Assembly (NCBI GenBank): GCA_973895155.1 | Contig: OZ316897.1 | Coordinates: 23,349,455-23,413,454, forward strand | DNA: 64,000 nt | Direction of reading: 5' to 3' | Origin: Marsupella aquatica | Taxonomy: Eukaryota > Plantae > Marchantiophyta | Shown here: in pieces, positions 50,501 through 60,955 of the stretch | Layout: each line of letters starts with the position of its first letter | Numbering within the stretch: position 1 is the first letter of the stretch | Program-made: the position numbers and the translations under genes | The notes under the pieces: generated by a model | Told to the model about the DNA's origin: nothing | Seen by the model: the letters and a program-made list of their open reading frames with translations, nothing else | Database searches by the model: none

Positions 50501-52299
50501 ATTGGGTAGACATTTCTCGCTCAGCTGTTTGTAGTAGCATTCAATGCTGTCCGGATTTGAGGATTGGCTGCCTTGGATGTGCTCGGGGAGATTGCTCGGA
50601 TGTTCAATTGTATCCTTGAATAAAGTTATGGAGATTGGTGAAATTGGTTGGCAATATCATTAGGCGTTGAACGTTTGGTGGGATGGAATCGCTTATGTGG
50701 GAAATGGACTAATTTGCAATCCAAATCTCATGCCAATTTTTGACAGAAAATTTACAGAGATCTGTGTATAATTTTGTAAGGAGACCCCTCCACATCTAAT
50801 TCTCACTTCTAAAGGAAAAAATTGAATGTAAGGAGAAACCTCCACATCTAATTTTGGGTCATTGTAGCGTGCAAGGAAACAGTATAAAATTTCCTCGCAC
50901 GGGATCATTTTCTCCTTGGAATACCCAAAATTTGGCACAAAAACAACCTCGCTAGCATAAAGGACTCTCGCTAGCCTAAAAGGAACCTTCTATTCCACCT
51001 ATTTATTTAACTCCCGTTGGGTTTAAAAAGCAATCCCGACTATGCATTGGTACATATTACGTATTCCCCGGACACAAACGGTCATCGACGGCACCATAAT
51101 ACAATATATAATTCCAACGTACATCAGGCCAGCGAAGTTGCTAGCCATAACTCTGCCCATCATTCTCGCACAAAATACTCCGTGCGGTCATGACCCACAC
51201 AAAAAGCACTCATTAGAAAGCATGGGTGTAAACGATTGCAGCAACAGCACTACACCGGATCATATCACGACAGAATCCAATGTCCCCTTCCTCATGAGTG
51301 AAGTGTGAAATGCGAAACCATTTCAGAGGATCCAAAGCTCCCAAAATGCACTATATGTCATTCGGACCTCTCGACTCATCTCCATTCCTAACAGTGTTCT
51401 CATTATTTGACTTTCATCGTCTCCTCACTCTTTTGCGATCGTCTTCGCATCGCAAGGTAACTTCAATCGAGCTTGTGTTGTCATATTTGCAGGCGAGGAG
51501 GGGATCTGGTGTTCTTGGGTGTGTCGCATTCTCGCAAAGTTTTTGTCGCACAAGGAGATGTAAGTTGGATACCGGGAGACCTCTTCACAGCAAGTAGCAT
51601 TATTGTTAATGAGAAAGTCTGGTTTTCCCAGTTCTATTTTCCTTCTCGTAGTTTTGCGCATTTTGACTCGATGAGCTTGGATGTTTTGAAGGTGACTGTT
51701 TCTATTTGGTAAACACATGTTGAGAAAGTAATCTGATACACAACAGCGTTTGTTACAGACAGAAATGGCAAAGGACGATGACTCTTCCGCTCCAAAACCC
51801 AAATGGGTTCTAGAGGTCCGCCGCTACAATGTCGAAACTGACAGCCCAGTGGACTCGCCACCAAGCTCTCCTCCGGCAAGGAAGAGTGTACCCCCTCTGC
51901 TCAAGACTGGATCATCATCCAGTCGGGTCCCGCCTATTGTATGTGCTTCAACTCAGCGACCTGCACCGCCAAAGGAAACAACTTCAAACGTTGTTTCCAG
52001 AGCACCAATGTTTTTCTCGCACAAACGTATCCGTTTCTAAGATAGTTTCAGAGAAGCGGAAGAGAGAGGAGGAGGAGTCTTACTAGAGGGACATTGACAT
52101 ACACAACTACTGGACATCCGACATCCTAGCTTTGTCTGATTATGATACGGATTCGGACACAGATTCAGACGCCTACAAGGTAGCATCTCCATGAATAGTA
52201 CCCTAGACGACAATCACTCCGCGTTTTGAACCCCCGTAGTTTTACAGTTAATCTCTGTCAAGTCCGTGACCTTACAATGAAATGATTGGTAGGACACGG

Positions 52300-53256
52300 T
52301 GTGGTGCGTCCCATGGCTCCCTGAACCCAAGAAACCCCCTGCACAAGCCGATTCCCACAGGTTTTGCTCTTGGCGAGGCCGGTTTCGCGACTTAGCAACA
52401 TGGGACGCTGCTAACTTCGACTAACATTTTACACACATATACTGGACAGATCCTTCATCGGGTCATGAGATGTGTAGCCGGCCTCTTCTATGCCTTCCAT
52501 TGTCCTCCTCTTCTGGTCTCCCTTTAGGTATGTTTGGATTCCGCCGCCGGAATGATCCCCAATTGGTTTGGTTAAGCCGCTAAGACCTCTCTCAGCTCGA
52601 CACATCCAACTCTTACTACCTTGCTTACTCCCTTCTTGGTTGATGTGGGCAATCTTCAAACAAGTTAATGCAACACACAAATACCAAAATGACTCCTTCT
52701 GACTAAGTTATACCATGCACTTGCCATACAAACAGTACTTCTCATACACAAGATCTGCGAACTAAGCTGTGAGGCCAACTCTATTCATCTCTTAGGTATG
52801 AGGAAACATGAATATACACACGGGTCACAGCATAACTAACCGAGAGCTTTTTTAACCACTTGATCCTAGCCCTGCTGGTGCACTAAAAACTTGCTAAGGA
52901 AGAAGGCCCTGAACCCCCCTGCTGCCCAGGTACTTATCTTGGCAGTGGATCCGCCCAATTCCTTGCAGCATAAGCCTAATCTAACCTGACTGTAATCTAC
53001 CTATGTATAGCGAGGCAGGAGCACAAGTGTTGCTCTTACCAGTGGATCCGCAATCCCACTAAGCTAAGTGTCAGGGCTGCCTCCCGGTCCTGATCCTAAT
53101 TCTAAACTTGGAGATCTCAGCCCGCCCTTCCCACTCACACCTCCTCCCTCCACGTCCGCCCTCCTTAAAAGGAGCGGCCCTCCACCACCGTCATGGTAGT
53201 GGTGGCTGATACTCAATGGACGCCCCCAATACTTCCTCCGCAGCCACTACCGTAGG
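52300..53256 (-). mobile_element. Older, diverged family A-like LTR (3' end), interrupted by A3
   Basis: Starts TGTGGTGCGTCCCATGG and is colinear with 4043-5030 but with many substitutions and indels. No PBS beside it; predicted TSD CACGG. Confidence 0.88.
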
Positions 53257-56200
53257 TGTGATGCCTAGACAGGAATCACTCGGCCGGTTAAGTGGGTAAA
53301 GCAGGAAGGCACCCTAGGAACACCTTAGTATAGGGACAAAACAAGGAAAATATAAACAATTAGGGACAACCATGGAACCCGGCCAGAGGCCGGAGGTAAG
53401 GCTGAGGGTGAAAACCCGATTAGGGTTAGGGCGCGTTAAGCGTCGGCGGCTAGGAAGGATCAACGGGAAGAAGGACCGGCAGAGGAGAGGGGTAAGGAGC
53501 GCTTGCAGGAGATGGTGGCTCATTTGCGAGCACGAACTAGGCAGACGACTACGGGAGGCCAACTACTGTCAGCTGCTTAGGCAAGCACTCGGGGAGAGAA
53601 TAGATACCGACGATCGACCTAAGGAGGGTATGAGCAACGTCAATCAAGCGGCACATTTCTGGGGATGCCTGTTCGAACGGGCAACTGAGTACATCAAGAC
53701 TTACGAGGACGAGGAGTCAGAAAGGGCAGCTCGAGAACGGCAGGAGCTCGCTCGATTGTGGGAGCTGCAGAAGACGGCTTTCTTAGGAGGCGAACTCATC
53801 AAGGACGAGTTCCTGTGGACGCCTACTTCCAATCAACTCGACGATCTTTTGTTTTGCAAAGACAGCGTCGTCGGCATCCGAGAGGCCATCAAGAACTGCA
53901 ACGACATACACTGGGAATTAAAGGGTAGCACGGAAAGGTGGACCCAGGCAACGGTGCTAGGAGAAACCTCCACGGCAGCAGAGATGAAGAGGAAGGGGGC
54001 CGTCAACGATGAAGCCACCCCGGCAAAAAGAACGAGGTCGGCGGCACCAAAGAGGCCAGCCGAGCAGCAGAGCAGGAGGCAGGGAGAAGCCGAAGAGGAG
54101 GAGGTCGATCCCATCAAGGCCATTCCAACCAGGGATGACACCTGGAAGGGCTGGGCGGCAACCCTACCGGTGGAGGTGCAACTACATTTTGCACGGGAGG
54201 AGGATGCATGCTTTACGGCCATGCAGACCAAGAAGTACCAAGGCTTCATGGCCGGATCCGGCTTGGAGGCCTTTGTAAGATTACCATGGCTGAAGCCGGA
54301 GGTACCGGAGTCAGACCTATTAGAATTCATGGGGTCATGGGAACCCGAGACCAATTGCACGAGGATATATGGGAAGGATTTCTATCTTACTCCCAAGGTA
54401 ATTGCCGAAGTGTTTGGCTTGCCGATAGGCAATAAGACCAAAGTTGATACCAGGAAGACCTTGCCTGACAAGGAGTTCCGGTCGTTCCCCGGGCCATCAA
54501 CGAAGAATGGCTTCTTCCGGAACACTTGCACCAACCCGCACATAGGAGAGATGATCGACTTCTTGCGGGTGACCATGCATTGTAACTTGCCGAGGGCAGA
54601 GATCGGCAAGGCACAGGTCTATCTGGCAGAAAGGCCAGACCCAAGCCGGGACTACAACGGGTACCTCCTCAACCAATTGAAGAAGATCTTAAAGGAGGAG
54701 CAGCAGGTAATCGGCATGGGGAGCGTGTCGCGGCTTGGCTATCACATGCCGCTGTTGTGCCGGTATGCCAGAGGTCAGACTTTTGCCCCGGTACTTCCCC
54801 TGCAGGTAAGGGCACCCGAGGAAGCTCCAACGCCGAGGCCGTTGGCTGAGAAGCCTCAACCACCTGTTAGTCCTACGATCGAGCAGGTGTTTAGGCCCAG
54901 GAAGGAAGACTTGCCGATGCAGCAACCAGGCATGCAGAGTCTGCTGAAACTACTGGAGAAAGAAAAGAAATTGGCATCGGCAACAACAACGGCAACGGCA
55001 ACAATGCAGGACACTACTACAGAGGTAGGCCTACACCGGCTCACAAGAGAAAACCCCTTTGCTGGAGACAAGGAGAGAATCAGGCCGGAATCCAAGCCAG
55101 GTGTTCGAATGTACGTGGGAACCTCAAGCTCCAAATCTGAGGCAGAATTGCCTGAAGCTCCTACCGACGAAGAGGAGAGGGAGAAGCCGGACGTCCAAGA
55201 GGTAGAGGAGGCAGTGGAGGACTGCAGCCATGATAATTCCGGCTATGGGTCGGACCATCACGTTCCAGGAGTAAGGACCTGTGGCCGGTTTGTCCCCACA
55301 CTTCCAAGGGTAGTGCGAGGGGACCCCAACCAGCAGAGTAGCCCTGAGTCTCCCCCACCAGATGTTGCTCCCCCGAGCTTCGACGGCATAAAACAGACGG
55401 TGCAGGAATTTCAGGAGCGAATCAAGCAGGAGGAGGAGGCCGCCCTGGCTAAGGAAAAGGATTTACCAGGAGGAGATTGGCCGGAGGACATCAGGCGGCT
55501 AGCCGAAAAAGGAAGCAAACCTCTAGCCACGATTGAAGAGATCCGCAGGACGGCTTGGGAGCAGAGGCCACGATGGGCGATGCCGATCACTTCTACTTAC
55601 TCCACCTACGCTAAGAATAGAGCCATGGAGTATGGTGAGATGTGTGGGGAACTTGCGCTCGGCATCTTTGGAGAGGAGTTGGAGGTAGGACCCTTTTTCC
55701 ATAGGGAGCAGTTGGAGAAGCACCAATTAGAAGAAGCGGTGGCTTTAGAGAGAAGCAAGAAGGACGAGGTCATTCGGCGGCTTAGGAGGATGGAAGCCGA
55801 GATTGAAGATCTAAGGGCGGCCAAGAAAGCCCAAGATGAACTGCGGATTAAACGACATGAGCTGAACATCATGCAGGGGCAGTTGGACACCGCGCAGGCT
55901 GATAATCAGAATATCAAGGATAAACTGACTCAGACGCAGGAAGAGTTGGCCGACACGATCAAAGAGAGGGAGAAGTGGAAGCAAGAGCTGAAGAATACAG
56001 AGGAGGCCCACATAACAGCCAACAGCCGGGCCATGGCGGAGACCCAAAGAAAGGAATGGGCGTTGAAAGGGGAGCTCGAGAAAATCCGCGGAGCCCTTGA
56101 GCAGAAGGAGGTCGAGTTAGGGAAATCCTATCAAGGGATTATGGCGCTGTAGCAGGAGCTTGCGTCCCTGACGGCCAGCTTCAAGGCCGACCTAAGGGAG

Positions 56201-57892
56201 AAGGACGAGATGCTCGAACAGACTTACGCCAAGATGAACCAGATGGAGTCTGTCATCATTGCAGAGCTCGACAAGGAGCTAAGAGCAACCCAGGAGGAGA
56301 GGGCTACCTTGAAGAAGGAATTGGAGGAAGCCCACAGGGAGCAGGAGGAGGCCAAAAATGAGCTGGAGGGGGCACGTAAGGACCTGGATGAAACCCAAGA
56401 GGAGTTGGAGGAAATCACGAGGAAGATGGAGAACCTACAGCGGCGGGCCGACAACCAAACAGAGCGGCTGAAGAAACAAGCCGCAGTATTTAAATGCTTA
56501 GCTGCAGCAGGTCCATCTCCCGTTGGGACAAACCAGTTACCAGGGGTGGTAATTGCCGAAGGACAAGCCGCGCCACCTGCACCAGTGCCGGAAGTAAGTG
56601 GGAAGGGGAAGGGACCAGCTGCCGAGCCACCAACGAAGAAGAAGCGGAAACCTTTAGGGTCAAGGAGTAATACGACTTCACAGGCCGTGGTGATCAAGGA
56701 GCTAGACCCAGCACCGACCCCAGACAGGGTCACGGCTAGGGATCCAACTACCCTAGGGGAAGGGGAGGCCGAAGCCGAGGGAGTGGCTGAGGCCGAAGCC
56801 GTGGGTATTGCCGAGGCCGGTGTCGAGGCTGAAGCCGAAGGTGGACCCAGTCAGGCCGATGGAGAGTTGACTCAGTCAAGGGCAGGTAATCTGTCAGAGA
56901 ATGAACCTACGGCAGTGGCTGAGGAGGAAGCGTTGGGGGCGTCCATTAAGGATCCACCACCGGTGTCGTGACGGTGCAAGGGCGCCGTTCCTTTTAGGGA
57001 GGGCGGACGTGGAGGGAGGAGGCGTGAGTGGGCAGGGCGGGCGCGGATCTCCACGTTTAGGATTAGGATCAGAACCAGGAGCGGCCCTGACACTTAGCTT
57101 AGTGGGATTGCGGTCCCACTGGTAGGAGCAACACTTGTGCTCCTGCCTTGCTGTACATAGGTAGATTCGGGCAAGTAGATTACTGTTAAGTAGATTAGGC
57201 TTACGATGCAAAGAATGGCGGATCCACTACCAGGATAAGTACCTGGGCAGCGGGGAGCTCAAGGCCTCTTCTTTAGCAAGTTTTTAGTTTGCACCAGCCG
57301 GGCTGGGATCAAGTAGTACGAGAAGCTCTCGGTTAGTCATACAGTGACCCTTGTGTATATTCATGTTTCCTCATGCCTAAGAGCTGAATAGAGTTGGCCT
57401 CACGGCTTAGTTCACAGAACTTGTGTATGAGATGTACTGTTTGTATGGCAAGTGCATGGTATGACTCAGTCAGAATGAGTCATTTTGCTATTTGTGTGTC
57501 ACATTAACTTGTGTGAAGAGTGCCCACATCAACAGAAGGAAGGAAAGTAAGCAGGGGAGTGAGAGTTGGATGTGTCGAGCTGAGAGAGGTCTTAGCGGCT
57601 TAACCAAGCCTATTGGGGATCATTCCGGCGGCGGAATCCAAACATACCTAACAAGACGGAGGGGAAGACAGGGGAAGACAGGGGAAGGCCTATATTAGGC
57701 CGGCTACGTATCTCATGACCCGATGAAGGATCTGTCCAGTATATGTGTGTAAAATGTTAATAATAGTAGTAGAAGGTTAGCAGCGTCCCATGCCGCTAAG
57801 CCATGAAAACAGCCTCGCCAAGCACGAAACCTGCGGGAATCGGCTTGAGCTGGGGGGTTTCTTGGGTTTAGGGAGCCATGGGACGCACCACA
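53257..57892 (+). repeat. A3 5' LTR (4636 bp)
   Basis: TGTGATGCC...CACCACA followed by the PBS. Confidence 0.95.
53372..56971 (+). pseudogene. LTR-encoded ORF (A3 5' LTR), single CAG>TAG stop
   Basis: 926 aa open, TAG at 56150-56152, in-frame continuation to 56971; lacks one 24-bp AEAEAVGV repeat. Confidence 0.87.
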
Positions 57893-57896
57893 TTTT

Positions 57897-57915
57897 TGGC
57901 GCTAGATGGAGGGGG
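57897..57915 (+). other. Primer binding site of A3 (tRNA-Asn-like)
   Basis: TGGCGCTAGATGGAGGGGG, 4 nt after the LTR. Confidence 0.8.
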
Positions 57916-57961
57916 CATTTCTTAAGCCGTGAGATATGAAGTTAGAACGGAAGCGTAGGTA

Positions 57962-60955
57962 ATGACTGACCTTACGTCGAGGGAAGAAAGAGTGATTCAA
58001 CGGGAGAGAGCTCGACTGCAGCAGCTCGCCGGGTGGCATGATACACAGCGACTGAGAGGGGCAGAAAGAGCTGGTAGCTCCGAAACTGGAAGTGGCGTCG
58101 AAGAAGACATACCAGAAGAAGAGTCGGTAAGGAGAAGTGAGTCTCCAACCGACATGGGGGAACCAGAGGCACGGCCAGACGAGAGGCCAGGGACCAGATT
58201 GAGCCAGCGGTCGCGCATACATTACAAGGCATTTCATGGGAGAGGAGATGAGGATCCGGACGAATGGTTGGATGATTTCGAGGGAACCGCTGCAGCAAAT
58301 GGAGAATCGGCCATCAAGATGCAGATTCTTCCCGGCCTGTTCAAGGGTGAGGCTAGGCCTTGGTACAGAGCATTAGATGTGGAAGATCAAGCCATCTGGG
58401 ATATCTTCAAAACACTCTTTGTTAAGGAGTTTTGACCCATTGGAACTTCAGAACTAGCAGTGCTGAAGTTGGGACAACTTCGGTTCAAGGAGAACAAATC
58501 CTTCAGGAAGTTCTTGCAACGCTTTCAGAAACTGGTAAGACGTACAAAGACCAATGCATCTGAAGGTATGCAACTTCAATGGTTGGTGAATGCTTTGCCA
58601 CAGAAGATGAGTTTTGCAATTAGGAAGGAGAACCCGGAGACTTTAGCCGAAGCAATTAAGGATATTCAATTATACATTAATGCAGATATCACAAGCCGGA
58701 AGAAACAGCTTAAGTCTGAGAGTTCCTCATCAGAGGAGGGATCACCCCATAAGAAAAAAGATAAGAAGAAGAAACATTCCAAGAAGTCTAGAAGTGATAA
58801 GTCAAGCTCGGATAGTGGGAGTAGCAAGAGTGAGTCATCTTCTAGTTCTGAAGAAGAAAAAACTAGGAAAAGGAAGGGCAGAAGGAGAGGGAAGACGAAA
58901 GTCAAGATGGAGGCTAAGCCACCAGATAACATCGTAGCCCTTACCGAGCAACTTAAGGCTATCATTGCAGAGGTAAAACCAAAGAAGAAGGTAGTACAGG
59001 AGGATAGCTCTGTATGGTGTGCCTTATGTTATAAAACCGGACACCATAAAGATGCGTGTCCTAAGCTTAATACTAATCATGTTCGGCATGTGGCCGAGAT
59101 CAGACCATGTCAGGGAGAAGTAGAGTACTTTTTGGGAGATGCCGTTGATAGTGTTTTCGGCATCAGTGAGACTGGAGCACGAGACCTATCCAACAGACCT
59201 GCATCTCTGTGGTCAGGGTTAAGGAACAATCCAGGAGAGATGTATCCTCGGATTATTCAGAACCCGTCAGTACCTCCTAGGCCGAATGTGCAAAGATTTG
59301 CGGCGTGCTATAATTGTGGTCAACCTGGCCATTTTGCTAGAGAATGCCCGAATGCACGCAAACAGGGTGATGGACAACCAGCTCAGCTATGTATGGGATG
59401 CCGACAGGAAGGTCATATGCTAGGGCAATGTCCTACTTGGTTGGCAGGCCTGGCCGCAAATCATAAGCTTTTGCCGATCAAGATCTTACCGCCAGGTACT
59501 ACCCCCGGAGGAGTTCAAATCAACCACATCAAACTAGGATGGCAAGAGGATGCCGAGGCAGAGTTCGTACCATCTGATGATGAGGCCGAAGCCCTATCAA
59601 CCTTCTCAGAGGAGGATTTAGATCATGATTGCTACCGGGTCTCTACTCGATCTACCAGAAGGAAGGAAAGGTGGGATGGGCTGGCCAAAAATAAAGGGAA
59701 GGTTACGGAGGAAAGGATCGACTCTTCGTCAACATCAACAGAAGGAGAAGGGAGGGCTCCGGCAATACAGGTAAGCCATGAGCCCACCAGTGAAACCAAT
59801 CCTTCACAAGATAGCGACTTCAATCGAGATCATCCTAAGTTGTTCTACCCCTCTGTTACGGCTAGTGTTAAGGAACAACTAAGAGAATTAGAAACCCTGG
59901 AGAATACCGAAGCCATTGCCAAGGATGTAAAACGAGCAAAAGCATTGTTTGCTTCGGAAGACCCAACAGCTGTGGAGACTAGCGTGGCAAAACTGGCCGA
60001 ATCCAAGACGGAAACACCACCAGAAGAGAAGCCGATTGTTCCCTATGACCTGGCTAAAGATGTACTAGAATCTAGAGTCTCGGCAACAGTAGGTCAACTA
60101 TTGAAAAATAGCCCGTACTTCCGGAAGCAATTAAGGAAGGCTATTCTCGGCAAGCCGAGATTACCCAAGGTAGCAACCAGATCCGACGTACTAATGATAG
60201 AAGAAGATCAAGGAGCCCCAGCATTACCATTAATGATTCAAGGAGAATTATTACTAAGGGTACCCATCGATGGAGGATCAGGGGTATGTATTATGATTGA
60301 TTCAACAGCAAAAGGGTGGGGTCTAACACCGGAGATGACTGGAAGAGTGTTGAACATGGCCAATGGATATCAGGTCATTCCGACGGGAGTGTTAACCGGC
60401 ATCAAGACAGAGATAGGAGGTATCTTCTTTAGCATTAACTATGTAGTAATGAAGCCGGTAAATCCTACGTCATTCCGGCTATTGATTGGTAGGCCATGGC
60501 TGTACCTAGCCGAGGTAATAGAAGATTGGGGTAAAAAGCAGTTCACTTTCGGGACCCCCTCTGTCACGGTATCCTGGGACACTAAGGATGACCGTAGGAA
60601 AAGCATAAGGGAAGTAGATGGGTACGACAGTGGACTGGAGTCAGCCGATGAAGTACGTTGGTTAGAATGCCTCACTAACCTAACCGAAGAAGGTGTCTTT
60701 GGACCAGAGGTACCCCCCAGCGGATTATGGCAAGAACCAATGGAAGGTGACTTGGAAGAAGAAGACGAAGAGGTCGAGGACTGCTTTACAATAGAATCCA
60801 CCTTTTTAGCTGCAATTCCGGAGGAAGTAAAGGATGTAGACCAATTGGATGAAACGGCTAAGTGGGGAGCAGTAGCAGGGACAGTGGATTTTCTGCAGGC
60901 GTTGTGGCAGAGCCGACGGGGTCCACAACGCCATCGATCATCGGCAAGGAATTAA
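57962..60955 (+). pseudogene. gag: A3 gag-protease, premature TGA at 58433-58435
   Basis: Three CCHC knuckles, DGGS protease; same stop as A2. Confidence 0.93.
60886..60945 (+). promoter_or_regulatory. Putative -1 frameshift signal: GGATTTT + H-type pseudoknot (A3)
   Basis: Heptamer 60886-60892 is in the correct phase. Stem 60898-60907/60923-60932; loop GCCGA 60912-60916 is complementary to TCGGC 60941-60945. pol is in the -1 frame. Confidence 0.78.

Noticed and set aside
53420-53431. TTAGGGTTAGGG near the family A LTR start as an interstitial telomere
   Set aside because: Two units native to every LTR copy and within the ORF; at most a telo-box-like motif.
53372-56971. LTR ORF as a retroviral envelope gene
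   Set aside because: No signal peptide or transmembrane segment visible; it has NLS-like and coiled-coil features instead.
57248-57260. GCGGGGAGCTC downstream of the LTR ORF as a vestigial PPT
   Set aside because: Only an 8-nt match, not followed by TG and not conserved in the older A-like LTR.
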